64,000 nucleotides of DNA, from the IMG/VR virus record IMGVR_UViG_3300035696_000002; one strand, 5' to 3'. The notes under the pieces are model-generated. The model made no database searches. It worked only from the letters and a program-made list of their open reading frames with translations, and had not been told where the DNA came from. Made by a program: the position numbers and the translations under genes. The stretch's first letter is position 1, and each line of letters opens with the position of its first letter. Below, piece after piece: positions 1-8,161 of this stretch. The DNA is from a virus. Lineage: Duplodnaviria > Heunggongvirae > Uroviricota > Caudoviricetes.

Positions 1-2
1 CG

Positions 3-152
3 CAGTCCCACTCCCTGAGTCAGGTGTCACAAGTCCTCGGACACCGTGACCAGAAGACCAGCCTGATCTACCTCCACGAGGAAGACCGGGGCAAAGGTTT
101 GGCGAACCTGACCGCTGCCTTGAACGCCCTAAGCCCCATCGAAAGTCAATAG
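3..152 (+). CDS. tyrosine recombinase/integrase, C-terminal fragment (5' end lies outside the window)
   Basis: Frame-3 translation QSHSLSQVSQVLGHRDQKTSLIYLHEEDRG...SQ* matches the conserved C-terminal LGH-x6-T-x2-Y-x-H region of tyrosine recombinases that carries the catalytic Tyr; stop at 150-152. Confidence 0.55.
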   Translation, partial: QSHSLSQVSQVLGHRDQKTSLIYLHEEDRGKGLANLTAALNALSPIESQ

Positions 153-411
153 CACGACCGTGCCAGCCCGACCCCCACCTTGGGGCCGGGGCACCTTGGT
201 AACTTGCACGGGGGTACCGTGGCCGGGGGCCGGGGAAAACGATACGAGGCCCACCTTTTGCCACTTTTGACCACACCCCGAGATTTGCCCTCGTTGATAA
301 GCAAGGACTTATGGCCCGGCCCCCGGTGCCAAGGTTCGTATCGCCCTCGTCCGGGAAAGTCCGATCAAAGGGTTACGAAAGTGCTTGCCCTCGGACAAGT
401 TCTTTGTTACC
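153..411. other. GC-rich non-coding region with short GGGGCCGGGG-type direct and inverted repeats downstream of the integrase; candidate attP/regulatory region
   Basis: No ORF with convincing codon bias; repeated ggggccgggg, ggccgggggccgggg and ggcccggcccccgg blocks; attP sites usually sit next to int. Confidence 0.2.
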
Positions 412-879
412 ATGGTCACCATGACATGGTACGAATGGTTGTGGCATCGCTATATGATCGTCGCCCTGCGGGTCTACCTGTGGTGGAATAACGTGTGCCC
501 CGAGCACGGCCCGATGAATCGCTGGGAGTCGCCGGGCGGTGGGGGCTGGACGTGCGGTCAGTGCGACGCTGCTCGTGAGCAAGCCCACGCTGAGCGGGTC
601 ACCCGGTGCATGCAAGGGCTGAAGCGTCGCCGTGCCCTGCTGGGCATCACGGTCGTGCTGCTGTCCTTGGGTCTGCTGTCCTGTGCGTCGAAGTCCCGGC
701 CCCCGCATACACGGTTGGCTGACGAACGGTTTACCATGGAGGTCTACCGGATCGAGAACAGCGGTGGGATCACCCGCCCGGTTGTCTTGACCGATACCGA
801 GACTGGGTGCCAATACCTGTGGCTGGATCGTGGCGTCACCCTGATGCCCAAGACTTGCAACTGGGAGAAGGGTCATTGA
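412..879 (+). CDS. hypothetical Cys-containing protein with a central TM segment
   Basis: Track ORF 385..879, started at the first internal ATG; high GC3; contains CPEHG...CGQC and a hydrophobic ALLGITVVLLSLGLL segment. Confidence 0.5.
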   Translation: MVTMTWYEWLWHRYMIVALRVYLWWNNVCPEHGPMNRWESPGGGGWTCGQCDAAREQAHAERVTRCMQGLKRRRALLGITVVLLSLGLLSCASKSRPPHTRLADERFTMEVYRIENSGGITRPVVLTDTETGCQYLWLDRGVTLMPKTCNWEKGH

Positions 880-983
880 GCCCGTGTGTCATCTGCGGTG
901 AGCCCAGCGTTGGTTGTATCGAGACGGACGGGCAGGTGCGGCACTACTGTGCCAAGCATTACGAGGAGCGGGTCAGTGAGTAG
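876..983 (+). CDS. small Cys-rich protein, possible short member of the ZnF-array family
   Basis: Out-of-track frame reads CVICGEPSVGCIETDGQVRHYCAKHYEERVSE*; GC3 about 72% versus about 57% for the overlapping track frame; TTG start overlaps the upstream stop. Confidence 0.35.
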   Translation: MSPCVICGEPSVGCIETDGQVRHYCAKHYEERVSE

Positions 984-1179
984 TTTGCTGCCGCCCCCGA
1001 AGCATGGCTGCACGGTGGTGATCTGTAAGCCGGACGGCGAGTCGTACTACTGTGCGTTGCCGGGTGTGGACTACTGGGTCGGCCCGACCGGGGTGCATTG
1101 CTGGATGTGTGCCGATCACTGGAATGCGTGGCAGCAAGCGAAGGAATGGCACGAGCGGGCAGCGAGTGATAATCCCTAA
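976..1179 (+). CDS. ZnF-array family paralog
   Basis: C-terminal two-thirds of track ORF 886..1179 from a GTG: CKPDGESYYCALPGVDYWVGPTGVHCWMCADHWNAWQQ fits the C...C-x-P-[GA]-V-D-Y-W...C-A-[DE]-H-W core. Confidence 0.45.
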   Translation: MSSLLPPPKHGCTVVICKPDGESYYCALPGVDYWVGPTGVHCWMCADHWNAWQQAKEWHERAASDNP

Positions 1180-1253
1180 GATTGGGATGGGGAGACGGTA
1201 TTATATGTCGCGAAAGCTTCGCGTAAAAATTAAGATGTCCCCGGCCCGGCCCC

Positions 1254-1430
1254 GTGGCTAGGCAGGAGTGCAGTTGGGGCGGGTCACCACGATCTGAGCC
1301 GAGCGATGCTTGGTGCGGCAAGCCAGCGGTTGATTGGTTGACGATCCGGGGTGAACGTCGCTGGCTGTGTGCGTACCATTACGACAATGCCTTGAAGCGT
1401 TGGCCTCGACTGGAGGGTGAACGTGAGTAG
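1254..1430 (+). CDS. ZnF-array family paralog
   Basis: ORF under 60 aa missing from the track: ...ECSLGGSPRSEPSDAWCGKPAVDWLTIRGERRWLCAYHYDNALKRW...; GTG start; coordinates approximate. Confidence 0.4.
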   Translation: MARQECSWGGSPRSEPSDAWCGKPAVDWLTIRGERRWLCAYHYDNALKRWPRLEGERE

Positions 1431-1568
1431 CGTGAGACCGAAGTTCGAATGCGACCGTGGGCTGGGCGGCGGGCTGGCGGCTGGTCATTGCCGTTGCACC
1501 TGCCTGCACACTGTTCATCCGGTCGCCAACCATTTCCCTAATTGTCCCGAGTACAAGGAGGAGAAGAA

Positions 1569-2036
1569 TTGAGCCGGACGCAGCAACAGACCGCCATGCT
1601 CTGCCAGCTTCTCAGGACGCAGAGCGGACGGGAGAAACTGACCGATGCCCTAGTCGGTTCGCTTGAGCGTCGCAAGACGGTGAACATCAGCGGCGTCGCC
1701 CGCCTGCTGGGTGAGGACGCCGGGGAAGAGTACGCGATCTGGGCCGAGCAGTGTTTGCAGGAGGCTGCCGAGCGGGCTGGTGCTCTGATACTGGACAATG
1801 CCACGAGGATCAGCGGCACTCTGTTTCGCTCCGGGGATGACTGGGCGATGCGGGAGAAGGAAGACGGCGAAGTCTACCTGCTCAGGGAAGGCGATCACCT
1901 GATGGTCTATGACCATGACAACGAGCTTTACTGGCAGGGGACGATTCTCGACAGCAAGCGTGAGAAGCAAGAGGGGATTCTGGCTCCCGGCCTGAGGCAT
2001 GGCTGGCGGGTTGAATTGGCGAGGAAAACGGAATGA
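1569..2036 (+). CDS. hypothetical protein
   Basis: Track ORF 1542..2036; an AAGGAGG Shine-Dalgarno at 1555-1561 sits 7 nt before the in-frame TTG at 1569, the likely start. Confidence 0.55.
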   Translation: MSRTQQQTAMLCQLLRTQSGREKLTDALVGSLERRKTVNISGVARLLGEDAGEEYAIWAEQCLQEAAERAGALILDNATRISGTLFRSGDDWAMREKEDGEVYLLREGDHLMVYDHDNELYWQGTILDSKREKQEGILAPGLRHGWRVELARKTE

Positions 2037-2245
2037 GCGGCTGGGTGAGGGAAGCTGATCGTCAGGCAGAGTTGGCCGACGCCAACTTGGAGAAGCTGGC
2101 GAAAGAGTGGATGGAGAAAGAGCGTTGGCCGGAGTACGGTCATGCCAGCTACGGGTTGAGCACGCAGGTGTCGCCCCGCCAACGGCTGACTCACGGCTTG
2201 CTGGTTGATTTCGTCAAGCACTTGCTGAGGGAGGGGATTCTGTGA
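2033..2245 (+). CDS. hypothetical protein
   Basis: Track ORF; ATGA overlap with the upstream gene. Confidence 0.5.
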   Translation: MSGWVREADRQAELADANLEKLAKEWMEKERWPEYGHASYGLSTQVSPRQRLTHGLLVDFVKHLLREGIL

Positions 2246-2415
2246 AGGCACGCATCAGCTACGACAACGTTCTCACCATTGAGAGTGAGAACGAGTATGA
2301 GTTGGAAGACATCGCCCGGTTGATGAGCGAGGGAGCCAAGCACGGCCTCTTTGTGGTCGGCACGGCGTTGGGTGCCAACAAGATGACCGGACACATCGGA
2401 GTGGACAACGAATGA
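2242..2415 (+). CDS. hypothetical small protein (57 aa)
   Basis: GTG-initiated ORF filling the gap between genes (VKARISYDNVLTIESENEYELEDIARLMSEGAKHGLFVVGTALGANKMTGHIGVDNE*); GTGA/ATGA overlaps on both sides. Confidence 0.4.
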   Translation: MKARISYDNVLTIESENEYELEDIARLMSEGAKHGLFVVGTALGANKMTGHIGVDNE

Positions 2416-2705
2416 ACTGCACAGACCCGAAGTGCTACCTCGCCGGGAACGAGCACGAGCACATCTCAGACAAGCCCGGTCGGCCCCCCAAGCCGCCCAA
2501 GGCCCGGCTAACCCGGCCCGTCATCCAGTCCATCGCCAAGCGTGCCGCCGCGAAGGTCATGAAGTACTGGGTGGATGATTTCATGACGACGCACGGCAGG
2601 ACGGAGTACGAGAGCCGGGAGGACGTGTTGCGGACGGTCGCTTACTCGCTCGATCACTTCGCCGATGATACGAGCATCAAGGGGATTTTGGGGCTGGAGG
2701 ACTGA
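2412..2705 (+). CDS. hypothetical protein
   Basis: Track ORF; coupled to its neighbours. Confidence 0.55.
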   Translation: MNCTDPKCYLAGNEHEHISDKPGRPPKPPKARLTRPVIQSIAKRAAAKVMKYWVDDFMTTHGRTEYESREDVLRTVAYSLDHFADDTSIKGILGLED

Positions 2706-2847
2706 TGACGCCGCTTCTCGGTATTATCATCCTCATTGGGCTTTTGATCGACGCCCTGACGACGCCCGAACCAGACCAACGGGTGCGGCGGCTGCTGATC
2801 GTCGGTGCAATGGGATTGATCGTCCTGATTCTGAGATTGGCACGATG
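2704..2847 (+). CDS. small membrane protein (47 aa, 2 TM)
   Basis: MTPLLGIIILIGLLIDALTTPEPDQRVRRLLIVGAMGLIVLILRLAR*; fills the gap between track ORFs. Confidence 0.4.
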
Positions 2848-2857
2848 AGGTGCGGGC

Positions 2858-3070
2858 ATGAGCGATTGTCAGTTCATTGGTTGCGATAAAGCAGCCTGCT
2901 GGTATCTCACCATGCCGCAGGATGAAGTTGAGATCGAAGACGGAGATGAGCCGAGTCGGTTCTGGCTCTGTACCGAGCATTATGACGCCATGGTTGAGTT
3001 CTACCGGGAAGAGGCGATGGAAGACGAGGACAAGTTCGCTGTTGACATACTGGGAGTTAACGCTCTATGA
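2858..3070 (+). CDS. ZnF-array family paralog
   Basis: CQFIGCDKAACWYLTM...PSRFWLCTEHYDAMVEFY. Confidence 0.6.
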   Translation: MSDCQFIGCDKAACWYLTMPQDEVEIEDGDEPSRFWLCTEHYDAMVEFYREEAMEDEDKFAVDILGVNAL

Positions 3071-3282
3071 TCCCGGCCCCGGTACGCGGTGAATGCAACG
3101 ATCTATGGTTTCTTGACGATGATGAGGGTGAGCCGTTTCCCGCTGGTGTGCGTTGGCTTCGTTGCAGTCTGCCCCCCGAACACGAGGGGTTGCATTGCGG
3201 GGTGATTCCCGGTACTTATGATCCGTGGCATCCCGGCCCATTACGGTGTTGTTGGGGGACAAAAGATGAAGTTGAGGCTTAG
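3067..3282 (+). CDS. hypothetical Cys-rich protein, divergent relative of the ZnF-array family
   Basis: ATGA-coupled ORF; ...GVRWLRCSLPPEHEGLHCG... is a degenerate form of the W-L-C-x-x-E-H core. Confidence 0.4.
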   Translation: MIPAPVRGECNDLWFLDDDEGEPFPAGVRWLRCSLPPEHEGLHCGVIPGTYDPWHPGPLRCCWGTKDEVEA

Positions 3283-3481
3283 CAAGGAAGACGGGCGATT
3301 CATGGTCGATAATCCCAAGGCATGTGGTTCGCCCAGAGTCGGCTTTGGCCGGACGATCAGGGAAGCCATCGGCGACTACTTCCACGGGAATCAGAAAGAA
3401 CTCGGTATCGAATTCGATGTCGATAAGTCGGCATGGCCTGCTGAGTTGCGGCGTCGGCGTTGGGAATTGAGCAAGCGATGA
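3263..3481 (+). CDS. hypothetical protein
   Basis: Internal ATG (MKLRLSKEDGRF...) of track ORF 3218..3481. Confidence 0.45.
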   Translation, partial: KMKLRLSKEDGRFMVDNPKACGSPRVGFGRTIREAIGDYFHGNQKELGIEFDVDKSAWPAELRRRRWELSKR

Positions 3482-3672
3482 GCTTCCCCTGCGACTACTG
3501 CGGCAAGACCGCGACCCACACGATTTGCTCTTCGATCACGATTGATGGTAAGTTGATCGAGGAAATGGTTTATCGTGCGTGCGAGGCCTGCTTTCAGGAG
3601 TGGTGCAAGTCTGCCCGTGACAACCGCCGTTTCGACTCAGCAGCGTGGAAAGAACTGGAGTTGGCACTATGA
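3478..3672 (+). CDS. small Cys-rich (CxxC...CxxC) protein
   Basis: MSFPCDYCGKTATHTICSSITIDGKLIEEMVYRACEACFQEW: two CxxC pairs, zinc-ribbon-like. Confidence 0.55.
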   Translation: MSFPCDYCGKTATHTICSSITIDGKLIEEMVYRACEACFQEWCKSARDNRRFDSAAWKELELAL

Positions 3673-3803
3673 AATCGTCTGTACCTTTGCCCTTGTTGAT
3701 GATCGTGTCGTTCATTGGGGGACTGATCGGGGCCTTCCTTGAGAACTGGCACAGGCTGGGCCTGCACGAAACTCTGCGTCAGCTATCGGGGATTTGGCAG
3801 TGA
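3669..3803 (+). CDS. small membrane protein (44 aa)
   Basis: MKSSVPLPLLMIVSFIGGLIGAFLENWHRL...; ATGA overlap with the upstream stop. Confidence 0.4.
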   Translation: MKSSVPLPLLMIVSFIGGLIGAFLENWHRLGLHETLRQLSGIWQ

Positions 3804-4033
3804 GTGATTTCTTCCCTAATCCGTTCGTGCACACGCTGCACGAGTTGAAGAAGTTCCCCACGGTGCTCAAGGTTTACGACTGTCACGACAGCCGGGATAT
3901 TCCGCCCGGTCACCTTGTGATCTTCGTCGATGGGCCTGAGCTTAATGATTTGATCCTCGATTGGCTGCATGTGGGCACCACCGCAGAGTTTATCAATTGG
4001 TCGTTCAGGCCGGAGGAAGCATGGATTCAATGA
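3800..4033 (+). CDS. hypothetical protein
   Basis: Track ORF 3794..4033, taken from the GTG that forms a GTGA overlap. Confidence 0.5.
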   Translation: MSDFFPNPFVHTLHELKKFPTVLKVYDCHDSRDIPPGHLVIFVDGPELNDLILDWLHVGTTAEFINWSFRPEEAWIQ

Positions 4034-4590
4034 AAGCCCACAACGGCATAAACACCGTGGTTGACATCATCCGCATGAGCAACGACAAGAATGCTGCCCG
4101 GAACAACCTGATGGGGTATTTCGGTGCGGCTGCCCCGGCGATGTCCTTGGTCATCGGTGACGTGACTCAGGCTGAATTCGAATGTGGAATGGCTGGGGTC
4201 AAGAAGATCAGCCTCTACAACAAGACGATGGAAGAGATGGTATACTTCCGCGACGTGATGGAAATGCCCGACCCTGTCGATTACATGGGACACACTGAAG
4301 GCATACCGGATGCCTGCAAGCCACTGATACGGTCGATCTCCGTCAAAGAGCCCCACCACGCCCAGATGATCTACGGCATCCCCGACGCAGGGGAGAACGA
4401 GGGCCGTATTCGCAAGATAGATTGGCACGCCTACAGCAGCGAGGCCGAGGGTTGGGCGATGACAAGATTTGAGCTTTTGTTCGGCCCGGTCGGAAAAGAA
4501 CTCATGGATAAGATCGCTGATGCCGTAATTGACGGTATTGAATACCGTGAGAAGTTCTTTCAGGACTTGGTAGACGCCTACGAAAAATGA
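4030..4590 (+). CDS. hypothetical protein (186 aa)
   Basis: Track ORF 3961..4590, started at the ATG that overlaps the upstream stop (MKAHNGINTVVD...). Confidence 0.6.
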   Translation: MKAHNGINTVVDIIRMSNDKNAARNNLMGYFGAAAPAMSLVIGDVTQAEFECGMAGVKKISLYNKTMEEMVYFRDVMEMPDPVDYMGHTEGIPDACKPLIRSISVKEPHHAQMIYGIPDAGENEGRIRKIDWHAYSSEAEGWAMTRFELLFGPVGKELMDKIADAVIDGIEYREKFFQDLVDAYEK

Positions 4591-4781
4591 GCGAGCGGCA
4601 GACGTGCGAGTTTATTGAGAACAACGCTCTTTGTGGCCAGCCTGCGGTGGACTACATCGACTTGGACTGGGGAACTGGGCAGAAACGCCTCTGGGTTTGT
4701 GCTGAGCACTACGACGTGATCGCACGAGCTTACCAAACGGGGGTCTACAGGAAAGAAGACGGAGTGACGATTCACAAATGA
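4587..4781 (+). CDS. ZnF-array family paralog
   Basis: CEFIENNALCGQPAVDYIDLDWGTGQKRLWVCAEHYDVIARAY. Confidence 0.65.
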   Translation: MSERQTCEFIENNALCGQPAVDYIDLDWGTGQKRLWVCAEHYDVIARAYQTGVYRKEDGVTIHK

Positions 4782-5230
4782 AAAAGTCGAAGAACGCCAT
4801 CATCACCAAAGCATTTCGCATCCGCAATCAGGAAGGCAAGTACGCTACACTCCGTGACGGGCAATACGTCCATTTTGTCAATGGCCGTGGGAAAGTCTGC
4901 ATTGGCGAGGCGGCACTGTTCGACTTCCTGTGCGACGTGGAGCGGTACTGCAAGACCTTCAGTTGGAAAGGCAAGTACAAAGACCTCGTGGTCGAAGAGT
5001 ACGATTTCACCCCGGCAAGTACGAAGAACATCATGATCTGGGACAAGCGGGCTAACGCCTACTTCGACATGGTGGAGGAAGAGCACAAGAAAAAGCAGGC
5101 CCGTGCTGATGCCGCTTTCGAGAAGAAATACGCTGGGGCTCCCGACCCGCCGCCCATGCCGAGCTTGAAGACGATTGAGGAAAAGCTCCGTCGTCCGTTG
5201 AAAATCAGAACTGTGGAGGGTAGTCTATGA
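4778..5230 (+). CDS. hypothetical protein (150 aa)
   Basis: Track ORF; ATGA-coupled. Confidence 0.6.
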   Translation: MKKSKNAIITKAFRIRNQEGKYATLRDGQYVHFVNGRGKVCIGEAALFDFLCDVERYCKTFSWKGKYKDLVVEEYDFTPASTKNIMIWDKRANAYFDMVEEEHKKKQARADAAFEKKYAGAPDPPPMPSLKTIEEKLRRPLKIRTVEGSL

Positions 5231-5538
5231 TCGGCCCAGATAATTGGTGTATGGTTAAATGTGCGACCGAAGGTTGCACATCCCCTGAGTGGTTGATGCA
5301 CTGGCCTTGTGAAGGATCAGAGGAAGAGATTCGCAACGGCAAGCACTACTGCACGCCGTGCCGGGCGAAACAGTGGGAGGCCGAGTGCGAAGCTGACCCA
5401 ATTCGCAATTATCCTGTAAGACAGTATGCCAACGTCGAGATCAGGAAGGGCGACCGCGTCCTCACCAAGTCCGCCATCACGACCGCGATCAAGACCGAGA
5501 TCAAGGACAAGAACAAGTTCAAGGGGAAGAAGCCGTGA
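5227..5538 (+). CDS. Cys-rich protein related to the ZnF-array family, with a C-terminal extension
   Basis: CMVKCATEGCTSPEWLMHWPCEG...GKHYCTPCRAKQWE. Confidence 0.5.
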   Translation: MIGPDNWCMVKCATEGCTSPEWLMHWPCEGSEEEIRNGKHYCTPCRAKQWEAECEADPIRNYPVRQYANVEIRKGDRVLTKSAITTAIKTEIKDKNKFKGKKP

Positions 5539-5786
5539 TGGACAAAGACGGGATTCAGATCGCCATCCTCAACAGGTTGGATGCCATGGAGAGCAGTTGT
5601 AATCAGTGGCATCTCTACCACAACGATGGTGTTCTCCGAGGATTGCTCTGGGCCTTCACGGGCACCGATCCCGGCACCCATCTCTCCGATGACGTGCAGA
5701 ACGTCCTCAATCTGGCTGGCTTTGAAACGAAGCTGAAGAACGACAAGGTACTTTGGCGTCGCGAAGGCGAGGAGTGGAGCGAATGA
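5535..5786 (+). CDS. hypothetical protein
   Basis: Track ORF. Confidence 0.5.
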   Translation: MMDKDGIQIAILNRLDAMESSCNQWHLYHNDGVLRGLLWAFTGTDPGTHLSDDVQNVLNLAGFETKLKNDKVLWRREGEEWSE

Positions 5787-6109
5787 ACGCAAGAGAAGCA
5801 CGGAAGAACTCGAAAGCCTATAGGGACAAACTAATTCGCGACAATGCGGCTTGGCGTAAAAAGTATGATGCAGAACAAGCGAGACTGTTCAAGAAGCGGA
5901 AGGCTGAACGCTGGGACATCGTCATCGCCAAGATCGACAAACAAATCAAAGAACTCTCACTCAAAGGACACCGGGAGTTTGGCCTTGAAGAGATTCTATA
6001 TTTCCCCGGCGACGACAGTATCCTGTTTGAAGCTCTCATGCAGCACTACAAGGAAGAGGGATTCGAAGTCAAGGAATACCAAGGATTCGGCCTAAAGCTC
6101 TCATGGTAA
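5783..6109 (+). CDS. hypothetical Lys/Arg-rich protein
   Basis: Internal ATG of track ORF 5753..6109 that overlaps the upstream stop. Confidence 0.55.
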   Translation: MNAREARKNSKAYRDKLIRDNAAWRKKYDAEQARLFKKRKAERWDIVIAKIDKQIKELSLKGHREFGLEEILYFPGDDSILFEALMQHYKEEGFEVKEYQGFGLKLSW

Positions 6110-6276
6110 GACAGGAATGCCAACATTGGGTGACAGCCGCCCACATTCCCTGCGGGAAGCCTGCCATCGAGTACGACAAAAACCTAAACTGGTGGTTGTG
6201 TGCTGAGCATTGGGATCAGTGGATGAATCAAATCAGGGCACGAGAGTTCGAAGGGTCTGCCATGAGGCTGAAGTGA
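6103..6276 (+). CDS. ZnF-array family paralog (57 aa)
   Basis: Not in the track because it is under 60 aa: MVRQECQHWVTAAHIPCGKPAIEYDKNLNWWLCAEHWDQWMNQIRAREFEGSAMRLK*. Confidence 0.55.
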   Translation: MVRQECQHWVTAAHIPCGKPAIEYDKNLNWWLCAEHWDQWMNQIRAREFEGSAMRLK

Positions 6277-6458
6277 ACTACTGTGTCAGGATTGTTGGGA
6301 AGCAGAAAATCCTCATTCCCTATCTCGTGAATGCTGATGAGGATGAGATGTGCGGCAAGCCCGCCGTGTTCAAGTTCACTGGGGCGATTGTTTCGGAGTT
6401 CTGGCTGTGTGCTGACTGCTACGACGAATGGGTGCGAAATGGGTACGTCCATAGTTGA
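6273..6458 (+). CDS. ZnF-array family paralog
   Basis: GTG at codon 22 of track ORF 6210..6458, forming a GTGA overlap: ...EMCGKPAVFKFTGAIVSEFWLCADCYDEWVRNGY. Confidence 0.55.
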   Translation: MNYCVRIVGKQKILIPYLVNADEDEMCGKPAVFKFTGAIVSEFWLCADCYDEWVRNGYVHS

Positions 6459-6633
6459 GCGTAAGATTTGTGCTTACGAAACGTCCAATGGCGAGTCCTG
6501 CTCGAACTGGGCCGTTGACTACATTGTGATTCGCGGTTGCGGTATCCAGCTTGGGGGCGAACCAGACCCCGGTCACGGCAAAATCTGGCTGTGCCCGATG
6601 CATCTCGACAAGTTCGTGGGGTTCTCCACATGA
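6439..6633 (+). CDS. ZnF-array family paralog
   Basis: Internal ATG of track ORF 6331..6633: MGTSIVERKICAYETSNGESCSNWAVDYIVIRGCG...KIWLCPMHLDKF. Confidence 0.55.
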   Translation: MGTSIVERKICAYETSNGESCSNWAVDYIVIRGCGIQLGGEPDPGHGKIWLCPMHLDKFVGFST

Positions 6634-6842
6634 CGATCTGGCTGGGTGAATTTACAGTTTGCTGCCAAGCGATGGATGACGGGAGTTGCGGTTGGATGCC
6701 TGCGGTTCAAGGACATCCGCCCTGTGGTCAGCCCGGCGTTGAGTGGATGGATGAAGACGGCAAACGATTTTGGCTCTGTGCTGAACACGCCGATGCTTGG
6801 GAGAATGCCCGACGCAATCGGCAGATGGCAGGAATGGAATGA
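6630..6842 (+). CDS. ZnF-array family paralog
   Basis: MTIWLGEFTVCCQAMDDGSCGWMPAVQGHPPCGQPGVEWMDEDGKRFWLCAEHADAWENA; ATGA overlap. Confidence 0.6.
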   Translation: MTIWLGEFTVCCQAMDDGSCGWMPAVQGHPPCGQPGVEWMDEDGKRFWLCAEHADAWENARRNRQMAGME

Positions 6843-7057
6843 CAAAAGAACAGTGTGCAATCGTCCGGGCTCGCTGGCGTGAAGAGGCAATGGTTGAGCG
6901 GGCCAAGATGACAGTTGAGGAAATAGAGGAGAGTTTGGCTGCGTCACGTGAACTGATCGCCAAGCCAAAGTTTCCTGACTGGCTCAAGGCTCCACTGCAA
7001 CGCTTCATCGACGAGATGGCAGGCCGCTTGGAGTTGGAAAAGCTTGCCCGGCTATGA
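6839..7057 (+). CDS. hypothetical protein
   Basis: Internal ATG of track ORF 6797..7057; ATGA overlap. Confidence 0.5.
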   Translation: MTKEQCAIVRARWREEAMVERAKMTVEEIEESLAASRELIAKPKFPDWLKAPLQRFIDEMAGRLELEKLARL

Positions 7058-7257
7058 CACGTCGAAAATGTCAGTTTCGTTGGGAAAAAGACAGTGAGGA
7101 ATTCTGCCCTGAGCCCAGCGTAGACTACATTGAAGATCGTGAGGGCAATCGTCGTTGGCTCTGTGCTCTTCACTATGATGAGCAGATGCGGATGGACAAA
7201 ATGATCGACCAGTTGAAGGAAATCCTCTACTGTGCGATGGAGAAGAAACGGAAGTGA
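7054..7257 (+). CDS. ZnF-array family paralog
   Basis: CQFRWEKDSEEFCPEPSVDYIEDREGNRRWLCALHYDEQ. Confidence 0.65.
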   Translation: MTRRKCQFRWEKDSEEFCPEPSVDYIEDREGNRRWLCALHYDEQMRMDKMIDQLKEILYCAMEKKRK

Positions 7258-7442
7258 GAGAGACGTGTCACGCCAAGGACTGTGAAAACCTTTCGGTCGA
7301 TTACTTGGAGACGCCCGGCCCCGCCTACGCGACTTCCAGTGATCCGAGCACTTGGTATACGAGGATTCCGCTTTGTGCCGAGCACTGGGACGAGTGGCAC
7401 AGGTTAGATTCAGACTTACTGGAGACAAAAAATGGGGATTGA
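7254..7442 (+). CDS. ZnF-array family paralog
   Basis: CHAKDCENLSVDYLETPGP...RIPLCAEHWDEWHRL. Confidence 0.6.
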   Translation: MRETCHAKDCENLSVDYLETPGPAYATSSDPSTWYTRIPLCAEHWDEWHRLDSDLLETKNGD

Positions 7443-7707
7443 TTATCACGCAGTGTGCCGCGAAACGAAAGAGTCCATTCGACTGGGAAGACTTTATGAG
7501 TGGGGCGGCGGAGATCGCCGCGAGTGGCAGGGCGATCCGTTGGAGGTTTTGCAGCAGGTCACTGTGGGCTATGGTTATCTGCTCCGGCTTTTGGATTTCA
7601 TGTATGACCGTCAAGGCAAGCTCATCGAAATCCTCTCCGATGATGCTCTCTTCGATTTGAGGCGGCAACATGGCGACTGGAAAGACCTTGAGGAGGCGGG
7701 AGTCTGA
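7432..7707 (+). CDS. hypothetical protein
   Basis: Track ORF. Confidence 0.5.
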   Translation: MGIDYHAVCRETKESIRLGRLYEWGGGDRREWQGDPLEVLQQVTVGYGYLLRLLDFMYDRQGKLIEILSDDALFDLRRQHGDWKDLEEAGV

Positions 7708-7750
7708 AGACCATGAACCCCCTCTACGGCAGAAGTCTGAAGACCATGAA
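7701..7750 (+). repeat. 17-nt direct repeat agtctgaagaccatgaa, two copies 33 nt apart, each ending in an in-frame ATG of the downstream gene
   Basis: Seen directly in the sequence at 7701-7717 and 7734-7750. Confidence 0.6.
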
Positions 7751-7946
7751 TTACTCCTGCGATTGGGGGCGTAATCCCAACAGGCCGGATGATCCAGTCT
7801 TCTGTCTTAGCCCCGTCTTCGACCTGTATGTCAGCGGCGGTGGAGAGGAGCGTTGGTTCTGTGCTGAGCATTTCGATTACTACATGGAAATACGCAAATG
7901 TGCGGTGATGGCGGGCTTCACTTACAAAGGATCGTATGAGCCATGA
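7713..7946 (+). CDS. ZnF-array family paralog
   Basis: ...CDWGRNPNRPDDPVFCLSPVFDLYVSGGGEERWFCAEHFDYY; two candidate ATG starts (7713, 7746) lie in duplicated contexts. Confidence 0.6.
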   Translation: MNPLYGRSLKTMNYSCDWGRNPNRPDDPVFCLSPVFDLYVSGGGEERWFCAEHFDYYMEIRKCAVMAGFTYKGSYEP

Positions 7947-8161
7947 TTTGTCAGTTCTTGAGGTACAACCCAAAGTTCGCGTGCGATCTCCCCGCTGTAT
8001 ACCAGCTTGAAGTCGAAGACGACGCCTATTGGCTTTGTGCTGAGCATTATGACATGTGGGTTGAGTTGTTGAAACAGCTTAAGATGAAGGGGCAGACGGT
8101 CGAAGAGTACGCGGACGAAGTTTGTAAGGCTCTCGACGACGGGACGCTTGACCAGCTATGA
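7943..8161 (+). CDS. ZnF-array family paralog
   Basis: CQFLRYNPKFACDLPAVYQLEVEDDAYWLCAEHYDMW. Confidence 0.65.
   Translation: MICQFLRYNPKFACDLPAVYQLEVEDDAYWLCAEHYDMWVELLKQLKMKGQTVEEYADEVCKALDDGTLDQL

Noticed and set aside
180-491. Plus ORF of 103 aa (MGPGHLGNLHGG...) and minus ORF 373..876
   Set aside because: The plus ORF lies in the GC-rich att-like region, has a Gly/Pro/Arg-biased composition and no start context. The minus ORF is antisense to the better-supported 412..879 frame, which has high GC3.
1457-1666. Plus ORF of 69 aa overlapping the start of the 1569..2036 gene
   Set aside because: It overlaps a gene with a strong Shine-Dalgarno-supported start in another frame, and it has no RBS of its own.
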